A DNA stretch of 63,514 nt from a virus (taxonomy: Duplodnaviria; Caudoviricetes), in the IMG/VR virus record IMGVR_UViG_3300025086_000018, positions 1 to 63,514 of that record. One strand, 5' to 3'. Of the stretch, positions 1 to 8,947 are shown in pieces. A program made the position numbers and the translations under genes. Numbering within the stretch: position 1 is the stretch's first letter; every line of letters starts with the position of its first letter. A model generated the notes under the pieces. It saw nothing but the letters and a program-made list of their open reading frames with translations. It did not search any database and had not been told where the DNA came from.

Positions 1-115
1 TGGGACTTAATGAAGTTCAAAGACTTTGAAGATTCAGAAGCCACAATTGTTGGCTATGAACTAGGTAAAGGTAAGAGGCAAGGCACGCTTGGTAAGTTCA
101 TCATGCAAGATGACG
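1..115 (+). repeat. Terminal direct repeat / circular overlap, left copy (matches 63400-63514)
   Basis: 1-115 aligns ungapped to 63400-63514 with 5 mismatches; both copies lie in the same ligase reading frame. Confidence 0.95.
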
Positions 116-291
116 AAGGTGTACAGTTCGGCTGCCCACCGGGCAAAGGTTATACCTACAAGGATCTAGCCGCTATGATCGATAACATTAGTGACTTTAT
201 AGGTCAGCGTGCTACCTTTACTTATTTTCAACGAACACAGGCAGGTTCTTACAGACACCCGCTATACAAATGTATTAGAAACTATGAATGA
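1..291 (+). CDS. ATP-dependent DNA ligase, C-terminal OB-fold part (continues from 62836 across the circular junction)
   Basis: WDLMKFKDFEDSEATIVG (motif V-like), G.GK..G.LG, TFTYF, YRHP (motif VI-like); in frame with 62836-63514. Confidence 0.9.
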   Translation, partial: WDLMKFKDFEDSEATIVGYELGKGKRQGTLGKFIMQDDEGVQFGCPPGKGYTYKDLAAMIDNISDFIGQRATFTYFQRTQAGSYRHPLYKCIRNYE

Positions 292-455
292 AAAAGATGA
301 ATTAGCAGAAAGATATTTTGTTATAATAGAAGAAATGGTAAAAGATAAATCATGAGAAAATTAATATGGAAATTATATAATGACAACATGATCAGCGAAG
401 AAGTTGCTCATTTGTTATTAGACAAATACTACGAATAACCTCAATAAAGAGCCAA

Positions 456-692
456 TTGGATGAGAGGGAGCTCATACTGGAAACGGTATGGGCTTTCGTA
501 GGTATGAGAAACTACAAACACGAACTAATAAAGTATTTAAGATATAGAAACCATGTTTACTATGTCGAAGCGCGTGTAGTTGAATTAAGAAACACGATAT
601 GTAAACAAGCGTGTAAATACGGTAATGTAGATAATATTACTAGAGAGTTATATTTAAAATATAACAGATATTTATTATTATTAAATCCTTAA
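456..692 (+). CDS. Hypothetical protein
   Basis: 78-aa ORF co-oriented with neighbours; TTG start uncertain. Confidence 0.5.
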   Translation: MDERELILETVWAFVGMRNYKHELIKYLRYRNHVYYVEARVVELRNTICKQACKYGNVDNITRELYLKYNRYLLLLNP

Positions 693-801
693 TATGAATA
701 AAAATGAAGACTTTGTATTATATTATAGCCAAATGTGGTTAGATGAAGTTATAGCTAGTAATGGTTATAAAAATGAACATGAATTATATTATCACACATT
801 G

Positions 802-847
802 TGTGACAACAGCCCTAAAGATTAAATAGTAATAGGCTAGTGTCACA
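802..847. promoter_or_regulatory. Inverted-repeat protein-binding site TGTGACAnnAGCC-N20-GGCTnnTGTCACA overlapping the start of the HTH gene
   Basis: TGTGACAACAGCC (802-814) and GGCTAGTGTCACA (835-847); second copy at 56527-56573. Confidence 0.7.
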
Positions 848-1454
848 TAGAAATATGAAATATCTTAATGACAACCGCATCGTATATCGAAGGTATTCAC
901 CAGATAAACCAACAAAAGAGTATAGTTGGGGATGGTATTATATCGAAGGTACTTATGGGTACTACAGTCTATTTAATACTACAGCTAAAATAACAACTAT
1001 AAGATCTTTAAAATGGCATTTATTAACTATATGGTATTTAAACCCATCAATGGATAAGACTAAGTTTGATAAAACAGCAGAGATCATCTCTAACAAAGAC
1101 AATGGTTTTACAACGTTTAATATATCAAACCTTGTATTAAATAGTCTTATAAATGATATATACAAACAAGATCTTGAACAACCACCAAAAAATAAACTAC
1201 GTAAAATAGTTTTTAAAGATGGTACTGGTTTATCTATATCAGAAAAATTAAGTATTGTAGGTAAACTAATAGGTAGAAAAAATATGATTGATGAAGAGTC
1301 AATATATCAATGCATGATAGACTTAAACCATAATGGTAAAAAAATAACTATAGGCCTCATAGCAGGTCTATTAAACTGTTCAAGTAGAACAATACATAGA
1401 AATATGAGTCAACAACTAAAAGATGAGAAAGACTTATTGAATGAAAAAGTATAA
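840..1454 (+). CDS. HTH DNA-binding protein (possible replication initiator or regulator)
   Basis: C-terminal KITIGLIAGLLNCSSRTIHRNM is a typical helix-turn-helix; first gene of the replication cluster. Confidence 0.7.
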   Translation: MSHRNMKYLNDNRIVYRRYSPDKPTKEYSWGWYYIEGTYGYYSLFNTTAKITTIRSLKWHLLTIWYLNPSMDKTKFDKTAEIISNKDNGFTTFNISNLVLNSLINDIYKQDLEQPPKNKLRKIVFKDGTGLSISEKLSIVGKLIGRKNMIDEESIYQCMIDLNHNGKKITIGLIAGLLNCSSRTIHRNMSQQLKDEKDLLNEKV

Positions 1455-2190
1455 TATAAAAAACTATGTAAGGTATAAAGAGGATGTTAAGCTTTCTATA
1501 CAGGGTGTAAAACAAAAAAGATTTGTAGATTATACTCCAGAAGAACTTAAAATAATATTTTTACCATTAGTAGAAAACATAGGTAGAAAATTTGCTACTA
1601 GTCAAGAAGCCTCAGGTGTTATGTCTATAATGGATATAATACAAGAAGGTAGTGTACAATTGTGTAGAGCTGTAGATAAAATAGACAGAAATAAATTATT
1701 TGAATCTGAAGACGTAGAAAAAACTTTAAAATCTTTTCTAGCTAAAAGAATACGTGGTGGAATACGTAGGGAAATAGATAGAAACAGAGGTACAATGCGT
1801 ATACCTGAGCATAAATTAAATGAAATGCGAAAAGGTAAAGATGAAAAAATGGTTAGAATGTTTTTTAATTCTATATTCTTATCAATAGATGCTAAGCAAG
1901 ACGATGAAGATATGGTATATCAAATACCTGATAAGTCAGACCCATACAATGAAACTTTACTAAATGCTTATATAATGAGCTTACTAGTTAAACATCTTGA
2001 ATGGAACGAACTATTTGTTCTTGAAAAAAGCTATGGTTTAACAGGTCCAAAATGGTCTGCTAATGAAATAGCAACAGGATTAAACATAAAAGGTGTGTCA
2101 GCTTATGTAAGAGTTTCAGAGCTAAAAAAGCAGGCTGTAGAAAAATTAATAGAAAACGTGGATCACTCGCAAGTGCTTGATTACCTGTAA
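1441..2190 (+). CDS. Phage sigma-70-family RNA polymerase sigma factor
   Basis: Region 2 PLVENIGRKF...MDIIQEGSVQLCRAVDKID, GTMRIP (cf. RTIRIP), region 4 HTH SANEIATGL...RVSELKKQAVEKL. Confidence 0.85.
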   Translation: MKKYNIKNYVRYKEDVKLSIQGVKQKRFVDYTPEELKIIFLPLVENIGRKFATSQEASGVMSIMDIIQEGSVQLCRAVDKIDRNKLFESEDVEKTLKSFLAKRIRGGIRREIDRNRGTMRIPEHKLNEMRKGKDEKMVRMFFNSIFLSIDAKQDDEDMVYQIPDKSDPYNETLLNAYIMSLLVKHLEWNELFVLEKSYGLTGPKWSANEIATGLNIKGVSAYVRVSELKKQAVEKLIENVDHSQVLDYL

Positions 2191-2217
2191 GTTACCATTG
2201 TAAATTAACAAATAAAT

Positions 2218-2230
2218 ACGTGATTATAAT
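2218..2230 (+). promoter_or_regulatory. Putative middle/late-class promoter element (ACGTGATTATAAT)
   Basis: Intergenic, 3 nt before the ERF ATG; matches the GTGATnnTAT motif seen before late genes. Confidence 0.55.
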
Positions 2231-2233
2231 AGT

Positions 2234-2761
2234 ATGACAATTAACGAAAAATTATCAAAAATCCAAGTTGAGTTTAAATCAAAAAAATCAAGATTTAACT
2301 CATTCGGCAAGTACAACTTCCGTTCTGCCGAAGACATTCTCGAAGCAACAAAACCCTTTTTAAAGGAGCTAAAAGTTACAGTTACTGTAGACGAAGAGTT
2401 AGTATCATTTGACCCACCAGTTATGCAGGTTACTGCAACAGTTTCTGATGGTAAAGATGAGATAAGCTCTCAAGCTGTAGTAGGTGTAGACTTAGATCAA
2501 AAGGGTATGCAAATGCCACAGAGATATGGTGCTGCAAGTTCATATGGTAAAAAGTATGCACTTGGTAATCTGTTCTTGATTGATGACACTCAAGATTCAG
2601 ATGCAACTAATACACACGGCAAAGCAACTGCCGCTAAACAAACAATGACAAACGAATCACTAGCTAAAGCTAAAGAGTATATCGCAAAAGGCGGTAGCTT
2701 ATCCGCAATTAAAGCTAAATACGTAGTCTCAAAAAAGCATGAAGAAATGCTAACACTATGA
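2234..2761 (+). CDS. erf: ERF-family ssDNA-annealing recombinase
   Basis: YNFRSAEDILEA and GAASSYGKKYALGNLFLIDDTQDSD match the ERF signature. Confidence 0.85.
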   Translation: MTINEKLSKIQVEFKSKKSRFNSFGKYNFRSAEDILEATKPFLKELKVTVTVDEELVSFDPPVMQVTATVSDGKDEISSQAVVGVDLDQKGMQMPQRYGAASSYGKKYALGNLFLIDDTQDSDATNTHGKATAAKQTMTNESLAKAKEYIAKGGSLSAIKAKYVVSKKHEEMLTL

Positions 2762-3489
2762 AAAAACAAGAGATAATAGATAAACTTAGGATCGATGAGC
2801 ATTATTATGGTGACTTTGGTAAACAGTATTTAAGTAATTCAGATATATCTACACTACTTAAAAACCCATTATCTTTAAAAGAACCAAGTAAGACAAATGC
2901 CCACTTCTTAGTAGGAGGCTATTTTCACACTGCTATACTAGAACCTGACAAGATTAAAAACTTTAAAATTGTTGATTCAAGTAGCAGAAACACTAAGGTA
3001 TATAAAGAAATGTCTGGTGGTGAAATGTGCTTGTTACAACACGAGGTTGACAAAGTTGAAGCTCTAGTATCTACACTTATGAATAACAAGGTTTGCAGAG
3101 ACCTCATCGCAGAAGAAAAAGGCGAATATGAAGTACCTGCTATTACCGAACTCTACGGTCAAATGTGGAAAGGTAAAGCCGATATAGTTAATCATAATGA
3201 AAAATTAATAATAGATCTTAAAACCACTTCTGATCTTGACGGCTTTAAATGGAATGCTAAAAAGTATAATTACGATTCACAAGCATACATTTATAGTAAA
3301 CTGTTTGGATATGAGTTTATATTTATAGCCATTGATAAAAACAGTGGTCAAATAGGCTTATTCGACTGCTCTTCTAACTTTTACAAGTCAGGTGAAGAAA
3401 AAGTTGAAAAAGCTTCAGAAGTATATGATCTATTTTATAACACAGAAGAGTTTGACTCTTCACAATATTTTATAAACAAAACCCTATAA
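2758..3489 (+). CDS. PD-(D/E)xK exonuclease (RecE/exonuclease VIII-like)
   Basis: LSNSDI, G..FH.AILEP, KGKADI, IIDLKTT, YNYDSQAYIY motifs; adjacent to ERF. Confidence 0.85.
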   Translation: MKKQEIIDKLRIDEHYYGDFGKQYLSNSDISTLLKNPLSLKEPSKTNAHFLVGGYFHTAILEPDKIKNFKIVDSSSRNTKVYKEMSGGEMCLLQHEVDKVEALVSTLMNNKVCRDLIAEEKGEYEVPAITELYGQMWKGKADIVNHNEKLIIDLKTTSDLDGFKWNAKKYNYDSQAYIYSKLFGYEFIFIAIDKNSGQIGLFDCSSNFYKSGEEKVEKASEVYDLFYNTEEFDSSQYFINKTL

Positions 3490-3490
3490 T

Positions 3491-3805
3491 ATGGCAGGAA
3501 TAATTAAAGCAAGCATTAACTTAAATGCAATAGACAAATCAAAAATAATAGAAGGTAAGAAAGGAAAGTATTTGCCCATTACAATTACGGTAAATGATGA
3601 ACCTGACCAGTTTGGTAACCAAGGACCAGTAACAATGGATCAAACCAAAGAGGAAAGAGAAGCTAAAACACCAAAGCAATACTTAGGTAATGTTAAGGTT
3701 GTTTGGACTAATGGAACTTTTCCTGATAAAATACCTTATGAAGCTAACGGTCAAGCACCACAGCCACAAAAACAAACACAAGCTGAACCAGATCTACCAT
3801 TTTAA
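3491..3805 (+). CDS. ssb: Single-stranded DNA-binding protein
   Basis: Short beta-rich protein with flexible tail ending DLPF; between exonuclease and helicase. Confidence 0.7.
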   Translation: MAGIIKASINLNAIDKSKIIEGKKGKYLPITITVNDEPDQFGNQGPVTMDQTKEEREAKTPKQYLGNVKVVWTNGTFPDKIPYEANGQAPQPQKQTQAEPDLPF

Positions 3806-3814
3806 TTAAATTAA

Positions 3815-5527
3815 ATGCAAGTCGAAGAAATAGAGATCAATGGTTTTCAAATTGAAAACTTTAATCAGCACGGCTTAGACGTAGGAAAATCTCAGGGGAC
3901 TTGTCCCCTGTGTTCCTCTTCTAGGAAACCTGAGAATAGAAAAGCAAAATGTGCTAGCTATGATTGGGAGCGTGGTCTCGGTACTTGCCACAACTGTGAT
4001 AGCACTTTTCAATTACACACATACAAACGTAAAGGCAAAGCTGAACGTGAATATGTTATGCCTGAAATTAAAAAGGTTGATCTTGTAGTTGATAAAACGC
4101 TAGAGTGGTTTAAGACTAGAGGAATATCTAAAGATACACTAGATGAATTAAAAGTTAGTGTTGGTAAAGAATATATGCCTCAAACCGGCAAAGCCGAGAA
4201 TACTATTCAGTTTAATTATTATGTAGGTGGACAACTTACTAATGTTAAATACAGAGATGGTAGAAAAAACTTTAAGCTTTATAAAGGAGCTGAAAAAGTA
4301 TTTTATAATATAGATAATATTGTAGGTTATGATTATTGTGTTATTGTTGAAGGTGAGATGGACGTCTTAGCTTTACATGAAGCAGGAATTACAAATGCAA
4401 TATCAGTTCCAAATGGAGCTACGTTAAACTCAAACAATTTAGACTATCTAGATAATTGTATTGATTATTTTGAGGATAAGTCTAAGATCATTATTGCAGT
4501 TGATTCAGACGCACCGGGACAAGCCCTACAGACTGAATTAATACGTAGACTTGGAGCTGAGACTTGTTATCTAGTTACATTTGACGATTGCAAAGATGCT
4601 AATGAATATTTATTAAAGTACTCAGCTAAAGAGCTATTGTCACGTATAACAAATGCAAAACCTGTACCGTTAGAAAACGTTACAACATTTAGAGATATAG
4701 AAGATGAAATTACGGACTTTGTTAGAAACGGTTTTAAACGTGGGCATACTATTGGCCTTGATAATTTTGATTCAATTTTTAGTACATATACTAAGCAGTT
4801 TATTACTGTAACTGGTATACCTAGTTCAGGTAAGTCAGATTTTGTAGATCAAATGGTTGTAGGTTATAATAAAGAATATGAATGGAAAACAGCTTTTGCA
4901 TCTCCTGAGAACGCACCAACATATTTACATGCACATAAGTTAATGCGTAAAGTATGGGGTGATATGCCTGATAAAGGCGATATTGGCGGAGACAAATGGA
5001 ATCAAGTAGCTGAACACGTTAATGATAACTTTTTCTTTATTGATATGGAACGTTACACTCTTGAGTCTGTATTACGTAAAGGAGCTGAGCTTGTAAAACG
5101 TAAAGGTATTAAATGTTTAGTTATCGATCCATTTAACAAAGTTAGAGATGTTGACTGTAAAACAGAAGACGTTAATAGGTACACAATGGAGTATCTAACT
5201 AAGATTGAAACCTTTGCTAAGAAATACGATGTGCTAGTATTTATAGTAGCCCATCCCACTAAAATGTATAAAACGCAAGATGGTAAAATTGAAGAACCAA
5301 CAATGTACAACATTAAAGGTGGTGGTGAATGGTACGACGCGTCATATCATGGTTTGCTTGTACACAGAGACTATGAAGCTAAAACAACTAAAGTCAAGAT
5401 ACTTAAATGTAAGTTTCAAAACCTCGGGGAAAACGGAGCAGAAGCATTCTTTACGTGGGAACCAAGGTCAGGATGTTTTGTACCTCACGTACAACCTGAA
5501 TTAGAAGAAAAAATGCCATGGGAATAG
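3815..5527 (+). CDS. Bifunctional primase-helicase (T7 gp4/Twinkle-like)
   Basis: Zn finger CPLC...CHNC, TOPRIM IVEGEMD and DSD.PG, KDANE, Walker A GIPSSGKS, LVIDP, VAHP. Confidence 0.92.
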   Translation: MQVEEIEINGFQIENFNQHGLDVGKSQGTCPLCSSSRKPENRKAKCASYDWERGLGTCHNCDSTFQLHTYKRKGKAEREYVMPEIKKVDLVVDKTLEWFKTRGISKDTLDELKVSVGKEYMPQTGKAENTIQFNYYVGGQLTNVKYRDGRKNFKLYKGAEKVFYNIDNIVGYDYCVIVEGEMDVLALHEAGITNAISVPNGATLNSNNLDYLDNCIDYFEDKSKIIIAVDSDAPGQALQTELIRRLGAETCYLVTFDDCKDANEYLLKYSAKELLSRITNAKPVPLENVTTFRDIEDEITDFVRNGFKRGHTIGLDNFDSIFSTYTKQFITVTGIPSSGKSDFVDQMVVGYNKEYEWKTAFASPENAPTYLHAHKLMRKVWGDMPDKGDIGGDKWNQVAEHVNDNFFFIDMERYTLESVLRKGAELVKRKGIKCLVIDPFNKVRDVDCKTEDVNRYTMEYLTKIETFAKKYDVLVFIVAHPTKMYKTQDGKIEEPTMYNIKGGGEWYDASYHGLLVHRDYEAKTTKVKILKCKFQNLGENGAEAFFTWEPRSGCFVPHVQPELEEKMPWE

Positions 5528-5778
5528 GCAAAAAGATAGACTGGAAACCTCCACTATGGGATAAAGCAAACACTAAAGCATACCAATGGTGTATAAAACA
5601 TGGTATTAAAATATACTCCGTACCTTGCGGTAAAGGTTTTGTAAACAAGACCTGTTGGATAGAGGTAAATGTAAACGGAAGAAAACAATTAAGTCCAAAT
5701 ACTTATGGTCCAACAGAATTATGGCCTAAAGTTATGGAACTATATAAATTTTATTATGATAAAAACGTTCGCAAATAA
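5518..5778 (+). CDS. Hypothetical protein
   Basis: 86-aa ORF overlapping neighbours in operon fashion. Confidence 0.65.
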   Translation: MGIGKKIDWKPPLWDKANTKAYQWCIKHGIKIYSVPCGKGFVNKTCWIEVNVNGRKQLSPNTYGPTELWPKVMELYKFYYDKNVRK

Positions 5779-6472
5779 ATTTAGAAATGCTAATGAAGCT
5801 TTCCAGTATTGGTATCAATGCGTAGAGCACTATGGTCAAGACTTTGCTGGGACAAAAGCTTTGTTTAATATAGGATTTGAAATGGAGAACCCAGATCAAA
5901 TGACTATAAATGAATCATGGCGTAACTGGAAAGAAGATTATGCAGAAGCTGAATGGAGATGGTATCTATCAGGTGATAGAAACATAGAGACATTAGGAGA
6001 GATATACGGTAAAGTACCTGCTATATGGAAACGTATGGCAGACGATCATGGTGATGTTAACTCTAATTATGGTTGGCAGTGGGAAAGAGGTTACCAGTTA
6101 GATAAAGTTATAGAAATGCTAAGACGTGATCCTAACACTAGACAAGCTACAATATCAATTTACGATGGTAAAGAAAGAGGCAGATATAAGTATGATACTC
6201 CATGCACGTACGCAATACAATTCACAGTTGTTAATAATCATCTGAATATGTGTGTTACGATGCGATCTAATGATCTCTGGTACGGTTTCTGTAATGATCA
6301 ATATTGTTTTGCACAATTACAATTATTAGTTGCAGAGGAGACAGATTATGAATTAGGATCTTATTTTCATTTTGCACATAATTTACATTTATATAATAAA
6401 GATCTGGGTAAGTTCTTGAGTTCTAAAGAGAAAGGCCCAGCACAATCAAGAGCTGATGAATATGGATGGTAA
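5756..6472 (+). CDS. Thymidylate-synthase-fold enzyme, dCMP hydroxymethylase/methylase-like (T4 gp42-like); track ORF starts 5705, likely start 5756
   Basis: VNSNYGW, PCT (catalytic Cys), MRSNDLWYGFCND with Asp at the position where ThyA has Asn, HNLHLY. Confidence 0.8.
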   Translation: MIKTFANKFRNANEAFQYWYQCVEHYGQDFAGTKALFNIGFEMENPDQMTINESWRNWKEDYAEAEWRWYLSGDRNIETLGEIYGKVPAIWKRMADDHGDVNSNYGWQWERGYQLDKVIEMLRRDPNTRQATISIYDGKERGRYKYDTPCTYAIQFTVVNNHLNMCVTMRSNDLWYGFCNDQYCFAQLQLLVAEETDYELGSYFHFAHNLHLYNKDLGKFLSSKEKGPAQSRADEYGW

Positions 6473-7307
6473 TATAACATACTTTTTATACCACATACCG
6501 GGTAAAAAGATAGGTGTAACACGTGATCTTAATAAAAGAGTTACACAACAACAGGGGTATACCCTAGACGAATACGAAGTTCTAGATCAAAGCAATGACA
6601 TCGATTATATATCGAGCCGCGAGTTAGAACTTCAAAAGTCTTACGGCTATAAAGTCGACCTTAAACCTTATAAACAATTATTTAAAATGAAAGTAAACGC
6701 AACCGAACAAACCTCAACATTTCCTGTACCTTTAAACAAACTAAAAGGTAGATTGATGGACTCAATAGGATTAACATGGGAAACAATCCATGGTAAATTT
6801 GAAGTAACTAAAGAAACAATAGACTGGATAATGCAAAATGCATCAACATCCATGTTTAATAAGAAAAGATCTTATATATACAATAAAGCTTTCTACGAAG
6901 CATTCTTAAATGAAGCTAAAAATGAAGCTCAATTGTTTTATGATCAATTAAAAGATAGACCAGCTAAACAAAACGGTCATGCATGGGTCGATGATGATAG
7001 GTTTCAAAAAATTAGAGACTGGGCAGGTTCAAGAGGTTTATACACTAAAGGTGATACTAAAACTCAGTTCTGCAAACTAATGGAAGAAGCTGGTGAGCTT
7101 GGTAGAGCAGTGTTAAAAGATGATAAAGATGAATTTGTAGATGCTATAGGTGATATGGTTGTTGTCTTAACTAACATGGCTCATTTAGGCGGAGTAACTA
7201 TAGAACATTGTATTGATTCAGCATATGATGTTATAAAAAAACGCACCGGTAAAATGGTTAACGGAACATTTGTAAAAGATGACAACACTAGGAATAATAA
7301 TAGCTAA
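6456..7307 (+). CDS. MazG-like all-alpha NTP pyrophosphatase with N-terminal GIY-YIG-like segment
   Basis: C-terminal KLMEEAGEL...DAIGD; N-terminal YFLYH...KIGVTRDLNKR. Confidence 0.75.
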   Translation: MNMDGNITYFLYHIPGKKIGVTRDLNKRVTQQQGYTLDEYEVLDQSNDIDYISSRELELQKSYGYKVDLKPYKQLFKMKVNATEQTSTFPVPLNKLKGRLMDSIGLTWETIHGKFEVTKETIDWIMQNASTSMFNKKRSYIYNKAFYEAFLNEAKNEAQLFYDQLKDRPAKQNGHAWVDDDRFQKIRDWAGSRGLYTKGDTKTQFCKLMEEAGELGRAVLKDDKDEFVDAIGDMVVVLTNMAHLGGVTIEHCIDSAYDVIKKRTGKMVNGTFVKDDNTRNNNS

Positions 7308-7345
7308 TTTAGCTGCAACATTAATATTAATAATACTATATTACT

Positions 7346-7633
7346 ATGGTAAAGAAAGAGATTAAATTTAGAGACCCTGTTGTTGAAACAGTTGTAGATA
7401 AGTTCGTAAGCAGATCAGATGTAGGTTTCAGCAAGTACGGTCAAACACTTGACAAAGAACGTAGAACAGGCGTAAAAGATCTAGCAGGATATCTTAATGA
7501 TATACAAGAGGAATTAATGGATGCTATATTATATATACAAGCAGCTAGAGATGAACTAGCTGAAGCTAAAGACAAAGTCTACGGCGAGAGTATTAACGGT
7601 CTACCATATTATGTCTCGGATATTGCGTCGTAA
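7346..7633 (+). CDS. Small all-alpha NTP-PPase-like / nucleotide-modification-associated protein
   Basis: RS.VG..KYG followed by QEELMDAILY. Confidence 0.6.
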   Translation: MVKKEIKFRDPVVETVVDKFVSRSDVGFSKYGQTLDKERRTGVKDLAGYLNDIQEELMDAILYIQAARDELAEAKDKVYGESINGLPYYVSDIAS

Positions 7634-8063
7634 AAAGCGTGGTCCTGTTAGAGCCAAGAAAAAAATTGTAGATGGTATAGAGTTTAAGTCAGGATTAGAG
7701 GCTTACATGTATACGGCTTTAAAAGATGCTGATATACAAGCAGAATATGAGGGGACAACATTTGAATTAGTCCCCTCATTTGTCTCGCCTAATAAAAGCT
7801 ATGAGCGAACAGGAAACGGAAAAGGAGAATTTAAAGATAGGGGTAATAAAAAAATTCTTAATCTTAAATACACACCTGATTTCATTGGTAATAACTTTGT
7901 CATTGAATGTAAGGGTAGAGCCAATGAATCTTTTCCTCTTAGGTGGAAGCTGTTTAAAAAATACATGGCGAAAAATTATCCTACTACAACATTGTATAAA
8001 CCACAAAATCAAAAAGAATGCGACGAAACCGTGAGCTTAATTCTTGGGAAAAGAAAGATCTAG
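7611..8063 (+). CDS. T7 endonuclease I-like junction resolvase
   Basis: FKSGLE, YTPDF, IECKG motifs. Confidence 0.8.
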   Translation: MSRILRRKKRGPVRAKKKIVDGIEFKSGLEAYMYTALKDADIQAEYEGTTFELVPSFVSPNKSYERTGNGKGEFKDRGNKKILNLKYTPDFIGNNFVIECKGRANESFPLRWKLFKKYMAKNYPTTTLYKPQNQKECDETVSLILGKRKI

Positions 8064-8185
8064 CTAGACGTAAATACTCTGAAAGACAATTACAAAAGTT
8101 TATTGAATGGAGTATAACAAGCAGAGGTTATTTAAAATATAAAGACTTAATAGAGTTTAGTAAAAAATATGATATACATAATTGA
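8018..8185 (+). CDS. Small hypothetical protein (55 aa, not in ORF track)
   Basis: ATG 8018 to TGA 8185, MRRNRELNSWEKKDLARRKYSERQ...; fills the gap between two genes. Confidence 0.5.
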   Translation: MRRNRELNSWEKKDLARRKYSERQLQKFIEWSITSRGYLKYKDLIEFSKKYDIHN

Positions 8186-8732
8186 TAACTTCTTACGAAA
8201 TAATATTTTAAAAGCACTAAATAAATACTTAGTTAATTTTAAAGAAGTAGATACGGGCGATAAGAAATTTTGGATAATGAATCCACCAGAAGATTTTACT
8301 GCTTGGATGTGTGATAAAATATCTGTAATAGAAAATAAAAGAATAGAAAATATATTATCTTTCTTTAGAATAGCTACTGATGAATTAGATACAGACTGGA
8401 GAATACATTGTGACTCTATAATAAATGGACAACTACCTTCAAGAGCTATAGTTCTATACATGTCTGAACCTGGTTTAGATGAGTTAAATGGTACTGCTTT
8501 GTGGGAACATAAAGAATTAGGTTGTAGTCTACCAGTTGATCAGTTGACTTCAAAAAAATATGATGACTTAATTTTAAATGAGTCTAATAAATTAGACAAC
8601 TGGAAACTTAATACTGTAATTGGTTATAAAAAAAATAGACTAGTGTCTTATCCATCTAATTATTTTCACAGTAAATATCCTAATAAAAGTTGGGAAAAAG
8701 GAAGAAAAGTATTTGTAATGTTTTATAAATGA
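8169..8732 (+). CDS. 2OG-Fe(II) oxygenase-like protein
   Basis: IIDNF start, HxD (IHCD), GTALW, NRLVSYPSNYFHS distal His, basic residue near C-terminus. Confidence 0.75.
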   Translation: MIYIIDNFLRNNILKALNKYLVNFKEVDTGDKKFWIMNPPEDFTAWMCDKISVIENKRIENILSFFRIATDELDTDWRIHCDSIINGQLPSRAIVLYMSEPGLDELNGTALWEHKELGCSLPVDQLTSKKYDDLILNESNKLDNWKLNTVIGYKKNRLVSYPSNYFHSKYPNKSWEKGRKVFVMFYK

Positions 8733-8947
8733 AAGAACAAAGTTTAATTGAAATGAAAAATAAAATCCAGTCCTTGACTAATGTTATGGAACACATGATA
8801 CAAGAGCTAGATTATTTAAGAACCGTATCTTTTGGTACGTTAGAAACGATAAAGCAAATGTCAGAATATGATAATGCTTTAGGTAAAGTAAAAGAAAAAG
8901 TTAAAGAAGATAAAGAACATGGAGCTATCGAATCAGATACTAAGTGA
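8729..8947 (+). CDS. Hypothetical coiled-coil protein
   Basis: 72-aa ORF with overlapping start/stop. Confidence 0.6.
   Translation: MKEQSLIEMKNKIQSLTNVMEHMIQELDYLRTVSFGTLETIKQMSEYDNALGKVKEKVKEDKEHGAIESDTK

Noticed and set aside
5705-6472. Annotation as ordinary thyA
   Set aside because: The specificity residue is Asp (GFCND) rather than Asn, and motifs match T4 gp42 better
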